From: Phoronis australis
Taxonomy: Eukaryota > Animalia > Phoronida
Length of the DNA: 64,000 nucleotides
Assembly (NCBI GenBank): GCA_002633005.1
Contig: NMRA01000034.1
Span: 1,166,012-1,230,011 of the forward strand
Direction: 5' to 3'
Shown: in pieces, positions 46,781 to 60,800 of the stretch
Layout of the letters: each line of letters begins with the position of its first letter
Numbering within the stretch: the stretch's first letter is position 1
The notes under the pieces: generated by a model
Database searches by the model: none
Seen by the model: only the letters and a program-made list of their open reading frames with translations
What the model was told of the DNA's origin: nothing
Program-made: the position numbers and the translations under genes

Positions 46781-49700
46781 CTATATGCGTTATTTCCACA
46801 TCAGTCTTGGTGATTGAGACCATATAAGATCAATTAAAAAGTTAATTATTGACCACTATATGCTGTTATCCAATGATGATGTTTGCAAATTATATTTAAG
46901 TAAATATTTGGTAGTAATGACAATCATATGTATTTTTACTTGTACTGAAAAATAACATCCCCGAACTCACTCGCCAGCCATCGAAATCAGTACATCTATG
47001 TGAATAGTGAATCTCTGTTGAGATACATACTGCTTTAAAAACTAATTTCTTAATATGTATTCCAAAATCAGATATCTTCTGTTGTATCAAATCAAACAAA
47101 TCCCTGCAAAATCTGTACTTATGTCGTAGTTGATATTGGAAATTTTGTAGATTTGCACTGCTTGCTTACGAACTCTCTGTTTTGTGACAAAACTTGCGCA
47201 AAAACGTAAAGTGCATGGTAAGCAAAATATCAAACCTGTACGACTGAATTGCGCATCCAACCTTTACCTAAAATACAGAATTGCAAAAATGTCCTATCGG
47301 TTAAGATACAATTTTGGTGAAATAATCATTGTTTGGTGTAGGCCATTCATATAGTTTGTTAGTGTGTGACGTATGCAGCTTATGACACCGTTGTAATTCC
47401 TAAATACCTGGTTACCATGGCAAATGACGCAAGTTTTTAGGGAGGGTCATTAAAATGACTTGATTATGGTTGCCTGCTTTCTGGCATGACTGCCATCAAA
47501 CCTTAAATTCGTGATCTTGATCGTGAAAGTGTCGGGTTACCATGGTAACGATACCTAATTTATCTTAGCAACACCTCTAAATTTCAACAATTAGTCAACC
47601 TAAGTACTTTTAGCAAGGTTGGCTACTTCTAACGTGAATCTGGTCTGAAACCTAAAATTGATAATGTTGACTGGCAAAATACTATGGCAACTGCGCATAA
47701 TTAGCTTAGCAGCACCCTTAGTTTCAGGAGAGGGTTAATGTAAATACTTTGAGCATGGGTGCAAGCTTCTAACATGGGTTTGCTGCTGATTTTGGCCAGT
47801 TGACTATAATGGAATGCTATTCTAATAGCTTGCATATGGCATGCAGGTATGCCCAGCAATCAAACAGAAACTTGTTTCGAAAAGAACACTCGTCACCGTT
47901 TTTCAGGAAAAAAATAACTCGCTCCGGCACCTCTTTCGGATATTTTCGAAATTAAAGCGGGTGTTGGTGTCAATTAAAATGGAAACCTAAATAAAAAGAC
48001 TAGTTGACATTTTGGGAAGATGAATAACCAGACAAACTCAGACCATTTCACAAAAATCTTTTACGCCCACTTTAGAAACGATTTTCGGATTTGGCGGAGT
48101 GCGTTTTTGTTATGCCACAGACTTTTTAAGATTGTGAATACCTTATCATTGAAATCTGATCACCTTAATATACTTTTTCACGCAACTTAGTTTGCAATTT
48201 ACAGTTGAGGCCTATAACCGGATTTGAACATACCTGTCCTTTTGGTGGCTCTGATTATGCATCTATATTTGGCGGCTTATTGGATGCGCTTTTGAGCCCA
48301 CCTTGTACTCATATCAAGATTGTAAGTAATTTTGTGTGCCCATGTACCATTTCCCAGACTCAATAAGTACACAAAACATCAGAAACATGATACCGATGAC
48401 AAACTTTATTGTGTCAAAACAGGCTTTACGTCACCTCATTCTACTGGTAACTTATTACCGTGTCTAGTTACGTGCAGTCGAACACAAAAGATAAAGTTGT
48501 TAAACAATATTTGCAAGCTCAGTCTTCTCAAGATTACTACTTTGTCAAAGACTTACCTGCAGACATGTAACGCGACTAAAGTCACCTCTTCCACACTAGT
48601 ACGCGCGACAAGAACAAACACTATAACAACAGCTTCTTGCGAGAAAAAACAAGATCTCGCACAACTTCGCGAGAGTTGTCGTGTGTTGCAAGTGAACCAC
48701 GTGGCCACACTGGCTTCCTTAGCGAGATTCTTGTATCTACGAAACTCTACCTAAATTTCGCTGAATACAACACCCCTAATTTGTTTTGGCACTTCTTTTG
48801 ATCCACAGACTCGAGAGGCCCTTGACCTGACCTCTTCCTCGTATCTTCGATCTTGACCTTACCGGAGGATAGAAAGAAAGGACATGATAAAAGTGTAAAA
48901 TTAAATTTAACCGTAGCATTGAGCTTTCAAAATACGCTATTGTGCGGGCTTTTTCAAATTTGTTTTCTGCTTTTGGAAAAATGAATTTGATAATCAAATT
49001 TTGCGGTGATCAACTGCCTGTGGTTCACTGATATGAATGCAAAGAGTTGATTTTTGTTGATTTACTTATTGGTGTAAGTAATTGATTGAAACAAGATACC
49101 ATATCGCATAACAATTGACATTCACCAGGTCAATACGTCGGTTTTAGACCCCAAAAATGTGATGATGACCGAGGCGTAGGCAAAGTCGTTATCGCATTTT
49201 GGACCATGAAAAACCGCCATTCTGACTGAATGTAAAAGACAATAATTGTTTTATTATACCACAAATTCGTCTAATAGTTACACGTAAAAAGGCGTCTATT
49301 GTCCCAAGGCTCGTGTTTGAATCTAATGAAAATTCTTATTACCACAGCCATTAACCCCTAGACCCGCGTCTATCCACGGGTGAGGCAATTTCTACATTTT
49401 AGGTGGCACTAAACAGTTTTTGCTGATTTTGGGCTTAAAAACCTAGTCTTGGCAGCTCGAACAGTCTGTTCTACATGTTCAGTACAAAACTTGAAAATAT
49501 GAACAGCATGATTAGGCCAAAGACTTCAAAACCCTTGCACAAACTTAAGTTTATTGAAACTGATCCCTAAGTCAAAATTTCCATCTTTTATGCCTGCCGG
49601 AAGTGCAACCAGTTACTCAAAAAAAAATTCACCAAATCAGCCACCATTTGCAAGCGATTACTGAGGAATAGTGCATTCAAACTGCCAAAAGTCCATTTCA

Positions 49701-51849
49701 TAGAAATCAGGTGAAAAGTGGGTTTCGAACAATCACATTTCTACAAATCCAAAGTGTCTGAAGGGTACCTGAATTCCCTGATAATTTCAACTTCCGCTTG
49801 TCAGCAGAAAGGTTGCGAAAAGCCATGGCTGTGCAAAATGTTGTTCAAGGGGTCAACAGCTGACAATCTTTCACTCAGAAAGATTAAAAAATCAGGCCAA
49901 TGCCATTCATGCAGCACAGAACTTTTAAAAAATACCCAGCCAACCCAGCACTGAGGCAAATTCAACCGTCGCTCAAGATTATTGAGTGCCACCTTAGTTA
50001 AAGTGCTCATGCTCGAGTGGCGCATTTCCCGATTCTAGTTGGAATACGCATGCGCGGTACACTCTTTCACAGTGCAAAGAAAGGTAGTTTTAATTAAAAA
50101 ATGAAAATCTCATGATATTCCTTCTCGTGATAGAATTCAGTTTCCGTTACAAACCAGAACATCGAAACCAACAGACTCTAGAAAACGCTTCAGAGGTTAT
50201 TGGGGGTTTACCTGCCCTCCAATTCTTGACATTCATCCCCCAGCATAGCCAAAATTTCGCGTTTAGACCACCGTAGGTGGACGTTACTTGATAACCGAAA
50301 TTCCCTCTCGCACAGTCAACTTTTACTAAGGGCACAAGTTTTGACGCCGGCCGGGTGCAACACGATCGACACCTGATGGACGACCAATCACTGGCTCATT
50401 GGCTCTTACCAGAAGATCTGAACTCACGAAAAACGTGCAAATTTTGTCCGCTGTCGGTCTTATGCCTCTATCACTGAAGTCAAATACTTGTTGGTCAGGC
50501 CACATGTGGCAACTAAAACATGCCCAGTATCCCGGCAACTGCACGCTTTCATAGAGCACGGCACACGAAAATATTTCCACGCTCCTCTTGCACCAAAAAA
50601 ATTCATCTCCGTTAGCGTGGAACAGGCTAAGTGCATGAAAGAAATTCCGTGCCCCCAACCTGTTCCATGTTTAAGGAAACGAAAAATCGTGTCCGCTGCC
50701 TGTCCCATGCTAAGGGAAAGGAAACATTTTTCATGTCCGGCCATAGTCTCTTGCACGCTTCGGGAAACGAAGTTTTTTCTGTGTCCCTAGCCTTTGCCTT
50801 CACTAGATATCTCAAAAACGCTGTTACATTTTTCCAAAATATTTCGTGTTTAAAGAAATTCCAGTTTCTTCGTGAAAATAACATTGTTGGACTCCCATGC
50901 AAAAGCATATTTTAAAAAATTTCCTAACAGCGTTTTGGAGAACACTGCATATTAGAGCATTGGCCGTGAAAGTTTCATAGGAATCCATGTCTACTCTTTT
51001 GAGATATGTTCCGGACACTTCTGTCCAACCATAAACTATAGTACATGGACTGCCACACCGTATACTTTCATTGTACCCGGTACAAAATCTGTGCTCTTTC
51101 GCACGTTACATGATTATTCACTAGCGACACCTGGCCAGATTATCTGGTATTATTTCCGGCAAGTACGTCGTCTGCTAATCTTGGTCGGCTGTTATGTGGT
51201 TGGGTGGTAGTAGCATTGCTAAAAGTACTCACAATACCAACAGTTCTACTATTTTAACCTAAGATTTTGAACAGCGTTTCAATGCCGAAATTATTATTTT
51301 GTTTTCGTTGTACTGGACAGTTAAATATAGATGCGAGAATTTCCCGTCACAATACACCAACCGGAAAATGAACCAGATAATTTAGGAGAGTGGCGGCGCC
51401 TCTAGAATAGTACGGAAGAAGATGTCGGAGTTGCGAATTTGTTGTCTATAATCTATGGTCCAATCTTACAATTGATGCAGCATATTTTCTGTTACAAGAG
51501 CAACGCAGAGCGTTGAAATGCGCACACAATTGCACCGTATACGGTATCCTTCTAGGGTTGTTTATTGGTACCACAAAATGGCCAGTAGAGGGCATATATG
51601 TATTATGTTGTACTTTGCAAAATGGAAAGGCATGGTCATTGTCTCCTCAATAGGCTAGGGGCAAAATGTGAGTGATCTTCATAATACAAGCACATCCTAT
51701 ACATCAGTTGCTTAAAGCACCACAGAAACATAGAATTAAAAACAAATTTACCAACATTCGAGATTAGCACAGCATTAGAATGCCAGAAACAAATTTCTAC
51801 TTCGAACTTTTCCTTCATAGTCACGAAGTAACACAAAGTATACACCTGA

Positions 51850-52965
51850 AGACCTATGAAAATACAGAGGTCAATGTAAAATACTAAAATTGCCACTAGA
51901 GGCATACCGGTAGTCAGAATCATCCTAAAGTTGTCATCGTCCGTTGTCAACATCACATAAATACACTTGCTAAATTTAGTAAAGATCCTGCAAATGGTTT
52001 GGGAGATACAGCCATGGGCGCAAAAAAACTGCCACTAGGAGGCGCCACAGTAATCAAAGTCATGGGAAATTCAGCGTCAACCGTCCTCTTCATAGTAAAA
52101 ACATACATGCCAATTTTCACAATCATACTTAGAGCGGTTTGGTTGATAGAGGGTGGACGCCAAAAAACAGACTAAAAACAGTAAAAATCGCCACTGGGTG
52201 TCGCAAACTACGTCGAATCCATCCGAAAACGGGAGGATAGCGTCATGGCACTACATACCAAATTTCATGAAAATCCGTTAAGGACTTGTGAAGATACAGA
52301 GGTAAACGTAAAAAAATAAAATTGCCACTAGGGGGCACACAGGTAGGCGGATCCGTCCAAAAGTCGTCATCGTCTTTTGTTAACATCATATAAATACACT
52401 TATTAAATTTCGTAAAGATCCTGTGAACGGTTTCGGAGATACAGCCACAGGCGCAAAAAAAAACTGCCACTAAGAGGAGCCACAGTAGTCTAAATCGTCT
52501 GAAAATCATTGTCAGCTGTCCTCTTTATAGTAAGCACATACATGCCAATTTTCACAATCATCCTTTGAGCGGTTTGATTGATAGAGGGGTGGACGCAAAA
52601 ATACAGACTCGAAAACAGTAAAAATGGGCACAAGGTGGCGCAAACTATGTCGAATCCATCTGAAAACGGGAGGATAGCGTCATCTCACTAATAGGTGCCT
52701 ACATACCAAATTTCATGAAAATCCGTTCAGGACTTTTGAAGATACAAAGGTAAGCGTAAAAAACTAAAATTGCCACTAGGGTGCACACCGGTAGTCGGAT
52801 CCATCCGAAAGTTCGCACATGCCGTCCCATTCATGAATGGAACATATGTGCCAAATTTCATGAACGTATGTCAGAGGGTTTGGAGATAAAGCAGCGGACG
52901 CCGCCCGGACGGACGGACGGAGATGACGGCATAATGCGTCCACATATAAATATGTGGGCGCATAA
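51850..52965. mobile_element. Helentron/HINE-like element: about 2.3 tandem units of 430-450 bp, a (GGAC)n tract and a 3' hairpin
   Basis: The unit marker aaaattgccactag recurs near 51885, 52320 and 52770; cggacggacggacgg near 52906-52920; palindrome atgcgtccacata-taaa-tatgtgggcgcat at 52934-52963. Confidence 0.72.
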
Positions 52966-53124
52966 TAAAATAATAGTTTCGTCCACCTTCGTATTTAATG
53001 GCAAATACCATGGCAAATACGCTGTCAGTCAGTCCTGAAATAATAAATCGTACCTCATCCTGTCAAAACGATCGAATCCTATGCTTCGTAGGAAAATAAC
53101 AAATATAACAGTGCATTAAAACAT

Positions 53125-53145
53125 TTTATTTACAAAATATATACA
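53125..53145 (-). promoter_or_regulatory. nanos 3' UTR end: two Pumilio elements (UGUAUAUA, UGUAAAUA) overlapping the AAUAAA polyA signal
   Basis: The minus strand reads gttTGTATATAtttTGTAAATAAAatg, about 620 nt after the nanos stop codon. Confidence 0.65.
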
Positions 53146-53763
53146 AACAGGTTTAAAGGCCATACACGCAATTATACTTCAAAATCGCATGCTTAAATAC
53201 GGAACTAATTTTAATCGAAAATTATCGACAAACCAACCTGATGACTAATAAAAATTGTCATTATCGAGTACAACAGTGATTAAGAAACTGTAAACAGAGA
53301 CCTGTAAGACCAATGCAATAAGTTTTAATAAGTTCAATTAAAATTGCAATAAAATAAATAGTACAGATTGTAATGCAGAATTCCAATAAAAGAACAGGTA
53401 AAGTCAGGTACCATAATAAGCACCCACCACTGGAAAATTTACACTCGAGGGTTTGGGTGTATAGGGCAACCGCTGCCGTGGTTACTCCCCGACCCATGGA
53501 TGGTGCTACAACCGCTCAAGCACGCTAACCGGTGTTCATTCCGTGGACGCACAATACTCGCGAATAGTGGTACTACGCGCTACGTTCAAGTGCTTGTGTG
53601 ACCTTGCTTTTTCGAGAGTGTAATGCATCCACGCACCTTATAGAATATAACAACAACTAAGTCTGGCACAATTATTCATACGTTAAATAAGGCAGGAGTC
53701 GACAGGTGTCTTAGTCCAGAAAAAATAACAGTCCGGGAGTAGGTTGGAGTTCAGTGAGGGTCA

Positions 53764-53946
53764 CTAAGACGAGAACAAGGAACTCGCCGGGAAGCGTGGC
53801 ACCCACAGATTGAATGCTGTGTCCCCGTAAGCACTTTCGATGAGCACAGGACAGTATTTGCGAGTATGGGCATCGTCTCCGGTCGCTTGGCAGATCTCGC
53901 AAATGTGGACTCGCAAAATGGGACAGCGACACTTTCCGTCGGAGTC
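53764..53946 (-). CDS. nanos: nanos coding exon 2
   Basis: Completes zinc finger 1 and encodes zinc finger 2; TAG ends at 53764. Confidence 0.93.
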   Translation of the reverse strand, partial: DSDGKCRCPILRVHICEICQATGDDAHTRKYCPVLIESAYGDTAFNLWVPRFPASSLFSS

Positions 53947-54814
53947 CTGAAAGGACAACAGCGAAAATTTCATTAGCACATTGCACATGCCATGCAATCA
54001 AACTAGATCAACGCGTTAATATGCCGGAAATCTTGCGTAAATGTATGTATGAGAGCAGAGAGCGAATCAACACCAAGACCCTAGAAAAATGTCCAATTTG
54101 GCTAACTTCGGAACATTATGTCTCGGAAATAGCTGACGGGATTCATATGAAACTTTCAGCATCTAAACAGTTCAGAGCACAATAACAAAATCTCATTACC
54201 TTAACACAGCAAATCGGTACACAGCATGTATAAAATAGTATATAAATGATTCAATTCAAGAGATGGGGAAATAGCCGTTAGACGCACAATGTCGTCACAA
54301 TTAAGCAATAAGTCCCTCAAATATAGACGCGGGTCGTCTTTCAAAATTTATACATTAAGATTTCACAGACATTATAGCATAGATTAAAACAAAAAGTTAC
54401 CTTTAAACGATGCGATTTATACACCGTCTCCGTTTCGCCGTTGTTCCTACAGAACACGCATGTAGTTTTCACATTCTTATATCTTCTCACGTCGACGTTT
54501 TTTTCGATCAAATCTGTAATAATTGCTTGCAGACGACTTCTGTTCTTTGGTCGCTGTGGCACAATGGATGTGAAAGGCCTCAGACCTTTCGTTTGTTCGG
54601 CCAAGTCTTTCTGCATTTGTTTTATTTCTTCAAGAGCGCGCTGACCGTCATGTTCTTCACTGTCCATGCCATTTTTATTGAATTTTACTCGTGGAGAAAT
54701 GCATTCTCGCTCACTGTCACAGTTCGATAACAATCTCTCGGCTTCCAAACCTAAACTGGAATCGGGGAACAGCTGATAACCAGAGAATCGAGAGTGAGCA
54801 TGAGTCGTATTCAT
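53764..54814 (-). CDS. nanos: nanos-family RNA-binding zinc-finger protein, 198 aa: complement(join(53764..53946,54401..54814))
   Basis: The spliced product has exact Nanos spacing C-x2-C-x12-H-x10-C-x7-C-x2-C-x7-H-x4-C (CVFCRNNGETETVYKSHRLK|DSDGKCRCPILRVHICEICQATGDDAHTRKYCP). The phase-0 intron runs AAG|gtaact ... ctttcag|GAC. Confidence 0.95.
54401..54814 (-). CDS. nanos: nanos coding exon 1
   Basis: ATG at 54814, 138 codons, ends HRLK|gt. Confidence 0.9.
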
Positions 54815-54863
54815 CGTTGCGGTGGAAAGCTGTACTTTGGGGAGTCCAGTAGCGTGCGATGAC

Positions 54864-54869
54864 TTTTAA
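54864..54869 (-). promoter_or_regulatory. Possible TATA-like element (TTAAAA) of nanos
   Basis: 50 nt upstream of the ATG; a CCAAT lies at 55000-55004. Motif match only. Confidence 0.25.
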
Positions 54870-57800
54870 CCTGTTGATTTCAGAAGGCGTGGCTTATTTA
54901 ACAACCCATCGGCTTCCGTTAAAAATAGCTTGTTGCGCGAGCGTACCGGTTACTGCGACCTGTCAATCAAAACCGAATCGTTTTAGGTGGCCCAAGCTGC
55001 CAATCACTTGCAACACAATGCAACAATGAATTCCCATAAAGATACAGTTGGAGTTGTCGGCTGTTCTGTAATCTGATTTTGCGACTTTGATCTTCTCATT
55101 GTAGTTGTAGGAGTGAGATATTGACAGGCCCGCGTCTGCTAACTGGCGCGTGGCTTGAATAAGGTGGGACGTCGGGATTATTGTTTTTCTGCCACTGGCG
55201 CGTCTTGAATAGCGTAAATCGTCCCTCGCATTGTTTCATCGCTACAGTTGTAACCAAGCGATTTCGCTAATCCCTGCCTGACCTCTTTATGCTTAAATTC
55301 TTGACATTCCTTGGGAACCAGCTTTTTCATTGGCACCCCATGTAAAATCTTGTGATGTTTGTATTTCTTTTATTTTGAAATTAGCTCTGGTTCATCTGAA
55401 TTGGTTTCACTTACAAATTACAAGTCTGGTGCAGGTGTCGGCGTTGATTCGCTACTACTGCAGTTGAAACCTAGACATGTCTTCAGAGTTAAATCGACTT
55501 TAAAGCTAGTGAAATTGTTCAAAATTTTAGTAATTATTATCAAAAAGTAGTAACGTTTTTGTTTGGTGGTTATTTTCTGAAACCAACATAGAATAGTTGG
55601 TTCACTTTACTTAAGCAATGTATTTATAGTTTTAAGGAAAGCAAACAGTTGATTGGTCTTGAGATTTTTTGGAAAGCCCATCCAATGAGGTAAGGTAAGT
55701 TATAGTGGAAATGAACTTAACTGTACAACTAAGACATCGTGATTTTGATAGATTGCAAATGAATCCTACCGTATAATAGACAATTCGTATTAAGTAACAA
55801 GAGTGAAAAGAAGTTGAACAGGAACATGTGATCTCAAGTTAGTTGAAATGGAATTGCCACTAGATTTTAGATGATCAAAGTATGATTATATTATAACCAT
55901 TGCAATTAAAATACCATTATATTGACAAGAACACTAGCAATGGAAATGGTAGACTATTCACGTATTTATTAAGTATCGACAATTGAATTTGGAAAAGAAT
56001 GAAAGCATTAATTTGTGGAAAAGAATTGTTAAAATTCACATTTTTTTTCAAATTTTCTAAAGTTAACTACATTAGCCACCAACGCTAAAATTTGACCAAA
56101 ATTAATTGTTAATTGTGAAGTATAAACCAGGCTAATAGAGGATGAATGTTTTGTTAGTTATTAGGCAAAATAAATGTTGTCAGTTCACATATCCAGTTGT
56201 GCAGCGGGATCTACAATTTTGCTGAGAGGAGTTTACTATTCTGAAATCGGCACACCTTTCTTGGTGGTGTCCCCTAATGATTGGGTTTAACCCCTCCAAC
56301 TACCGCCTTGTACATATCCCATTCTTGTCCTCAACTGAAGGCTTTCCTGATATATACTGTAGGTACATATACACTTGTTACAAAAACAATGATCAAGGGT
56401 GTCTCACTATAACTGCCACAGTTAATGTGATGTTGACGTTGATTTCTTTTCAAGAATTTTGTAAACAAAAAATGTTTGGAAGATATAAATTAGTAACATG
56501 CTAGATAGTGACAAATCATACAACTGTTATTTTGATATCAAAAAATAAAATTATGGCAGATAAGCAGAAAATGGTGATTTTATCAAACGTTTTACACAAA
56601 GTAAATTTTCCGATGATTGTACTGTTTGACAATTCTGTAATTATTGTGCAAAAAGATTCATTGCATTGTGTGCAATTTTATTTTCTTGCTTTTTCATGAA
56701 ATTTATGTATAACCTACTCAGTGCTTTCCTGTGTTCAAATTCTGCACGTGGCTATCACCAGATAATATTTCAAAAAATGTTGGCATGATACAACAATGCA
56801 AAAGTGAGAAAAGAGAAATTTCAGCAGTTATTTTTGTCCAAAAGTGGTGAGATTTTAAGACAATAGTAAAAGTTCGACCAAATGGTGTTAGTATTTAAAA
56901 GTTTTTGATAGAGAATGACTTTTCTTACTGTTCTGTTTTCTTGAGATATAATGAAATTCTGCATATGTGCGGTAATGCTTATTTAGCCCAACAAATGTCT
57001 AACAGGAGAAATTCTGTTTTGTTAAATTTCTCCACAAAAGTAAAGACTAGAAACATTTCATTCCATTCCGAGCATCGTTTTCAATGTGTAGATGTCATCA
57101 AATGACATTTGCTAAGAAAACATGAAAAATTACAATTTTTGCAATTATTTTTGTGCAGAATAAGTGGAGAATTGTTGTACCTGATACTGCAGCTAATTAC
57201 ATGTATTTCAATATTCTAATACCAGTCTTCATCGCAAAGGCCACTTTTGAGTGACACTACTTGCTGTTGTGGAACAAGTCTAAAATTATTAGTTCAAATA
57301 GATGTGATTTCTGGGATCAGAAAGAACGGAATATTCGTTATTTCTTGAGATCAGGCTTTGTAAGTTGACTTGTCAGGGGTGTCAATTTATTGGAGGGTGT
57401 CATTTTGTACTGTCATAGCCTCAAGCAATTATAACAAATTGTCAGTAGTCTACCAGATCTAAATCACTTCTCATCTCAGTTAGAAACCGTTATACTCATT
57501 ACCGTCGTGTCGAGAATATCAACAACTTTGCCACAACAGCACGTCATCCTGCTTTCATAGTCTGTCACGGTATAATAAGGTTCTTCCGATTTCGCAGTTT
57601 TTGCTGAGATCCTGTTTTAACTGGCTAACAACTATATCGAGATGGACTTTTTACTCTCTGAAAATTGGTATGATACGTAATATTCTTTACCCAACTAAAA
57701 TCACAGGCAATGCGTAAATAAGCCATTTTCGAATTCGCAATAACTAAACCGATTATGATGCGTTTTTCAGTCTCTAATCGTTTCGATTCTCGTTTTAGCA

Positions 57801-60800
57801 GTTAGCAAATCATAATAATTGTCATGGTTTCATTTAAAAGTTCAGCTATTTCTAAAAAAGCGAAGATCAATTGTGTTCTTCCTGAAACCATTATGATCGT
57901 TATCGTCTCAAATTTTTGTTTTGGTTTAAAGCTTTTGCAAATTAAGCCCGAGTTGTTTGTCAAGGTTTATGTCCAGATATTATTACTTTTAATGAAGCCT
58001 CGCCTACACGTAGGTCTAGATCAGCCCTTGGACGCGAGGGATTGCAGCCTGAAGCTGAAGCTGTGACGTACACCGTTCCTGGCGCTCTTGGGTAGAATGC
58101 AGATTCAGGTAAAAGGTGTAACTGCAGAACTTTACTAATGAAGACGCTGAATATGAAAATGTTTGGGATTCTGTCTTACACGCACGTGAATTTTCCCGCG
58201 GACCTCACAACTGCGAGTTGTTAAAGGGCATTGCCGCTTTACGGCGCGTGTAAAACGAAGTTATTGTCTTCAACCAATAATATTTGGTATGCTTTTGTGA
58301 TTTTGTTACAGATCGCCAGTTTTCGCCGTTGTGTTAGATATTCGAATCAAGACCGGTGATTTCACTACAACCGTTTATCGAGTGCGATTACCCGGTAGGT
58401 CGTCAGCAAGTAGGCAATTACGTCGCCCTGTATGCCGCAGGTATACAGCGGCGATAGTACATCCCCACAAATAGTTACGAATTTCAAAATACAGGAAATA
58501 AAATCAAATGAAACATGCATATATGCACATGGAGTTATAATTAACACATACCATAAGTCCGGAGACGATTCAGTCATGATAATTTGAAGAAATCGATGAA
58601 AATCTGACGGTCGCGGTTTGCTCGAGTTTCTCCTACCGCGTGCCATTTTGAGGAAGTTTCGTGAAATCATGCATGTTGAATAAAAAGTCCAAGGGACACA
58701 AAACTTACAAATTTCACCTGATACCTTCAAATGCTATTATGCAAGTGTCACGCGCCAGCGTCACGCGCTTCGCTCAGTCTCGCGCTTGCCTTTGCCTAAC
58801 TCACGTGACTCAGTTGAAATACTTTGTGGTTATCGCGCGCGTGGTGAAAATGTGGAGTTAGAATTCTTCGCCTAAGTCACCTTATTCTCGTAACTAAGCG
58901 TCATCGAAGATATGTGTAAAAGTAGAAAAGACAACTGAAGAAAGTAAGCGCTTCTTTAAGTGATACAGTAGTTTTAAGTGTGGAATGTATTTTTGACGAG
59001 GTGAAAATTCCTAATCGGTGGCCGGATTTGGCCTACCGCCCATAAATACACGGAACGAAATTCGGACAGAAAGCGATGGGAAACATTGTAGCCCCTAACC
59101 GGCCAACCGAGGGGCTACGTGTTGCTTAGTCAGCAAGCACTCACCAAATGGCGACACCGTCTCGCCCACGAGTTCAGTCGGCGCAACAAGGGCTGTCAAA
59201 TAATATCAGAATTTCTTGAGTCTGGTCAAAAATGGTTCAACAAAGGGACAGTTTTCGAGAAAGGGACACAGAAAAGTTATCGAAAGTAAAAATGCTCACT
59301 TGGTATTGCTATTGATGTCCGATATTACAAGATAGTGTCATGCATCTGACACACTTTTTCAATTGCGCACTCTATTGTAGAATGAACCTCATGTCAATCC
59401 AACAATGACGCACGAGAAATATCTGGACTCCATGATCAATATAAACTGTGACAAAACATCCATCGAGTCATGATTCTGTCATTTTTCCCTCTTGTTGTCA
59501 CCCGGTTCACCCATTTGTCACTTCAGGCCACACTCCTACGAATGGCGTTTCTAACATTTACTGCGAAACTAACACTAGCGTGTATCTCCACATTCAGTAT
59601 TTTCGGACTCAAATGTCCAGAGAGGCAGATGCTTCATTAGTATCGTGTACAATACACGCCAAATGAATTTCAAAAATGATCTGGAATTCGCCGCCATGGT
59701 GGCTGGGTGAAAGGGCTATTTTATCACTAGAGTCACGCCTTCCTTCATCTCCGAGAATGAAGGGGAATCAACAGCAGGAGCGTTAGTAAGATGGCTATGC
59801 CATTCTGCAATTGAAAATTTGCAGCCGTACTAATCATGACCAGTCATTTCTGCTGTAAACAGAATTAACCGTCGCGTACTGAGCATTTCACCGCAATCTA
59901 GCTGTCAATGTTGAATTCTTTACCGAAGTCCTTTGGGGTTTAAAAACATATTACCATACATGTATTGTTGCGTACATGGAGCATTAAATTATTTTTCGAA
60001 TTTGCAATTTTGGGATTTACCAACCCCAATAAACTCTAAAGCGTTCTCTAGAGTTGCTGATGGTTTCCATATGGCTTGTTGGTAAAGGGATATTAGGAGG
60101 CTGGTTTCATAATTCGACTTTCGTTTTTAAACAACTAGTAACGGGTCCGCGAATTGCAGCTTTAACCATGGTAAAACGCGTAATTGTGCCCAAGGCTGTA
60201 ATTTATGAATTGTTCCTATTTCAGCAATTTCTGAATATTGACGAGAGTCTTTCCCCAAAACGGAAATTAAAGGGTACAATGTTTTTCAGACAAAATGGGG
60301 GAGAACTGGGATGGAATGGTCGTCCAGGACGCAGAATGGTTGTACCGCTTAAATTCGCACTTACTGTTCCCAATGTGAAAACTGCAGTGGAGGGAATTTT
60401 ATGAAGGCTGTTTGTGACAACACTGCTTGTCCATGGTGGTAACATTGTTATTTTATCAACAGCCATACAGGTTCCCGTATACACTGTTGATGAATATAAC
60501 ATTTTAGTGAAAATTGTCTTGCAAAACTGTCTATTTTGGAAATGACAAGCAGAGTTCATAGAAACAAAAGTTTGAGCAAGAAATCTGCTTGAAATTGTTA
60601 TAAAAATATAGTCTAAGGTCTTTCAAATGTAAAAAAGTTGTTTTATGCATATATTACGCGTTCAGTATCAAAACTGAACCCGATAACCTTTGCCCGATGA
60701 GTCAACTGACATCAGGTTTGAAAAGTTGTACATGTAACCTTTTGTTTTCTTCCATTATAATTTACTTGACAATTTCAGGAAAACTAAATGAAAATAAATC

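Noticed and set aside
50326-51018. Cluster of overlapping 60-110 aa ORFs on both strands
   Set aside because: No domain signal; it lies in a repeat-like region with recurring GTGTCC/GGACAC motifs.
19962-54814. Functional linkage between nanos and the SLC23 transporter
   Set aside because: They are 14 kb apart on the same strand, but each appears to have its own promoter and polyA signals; adjacency alone is not evidence in a metazoan genome.
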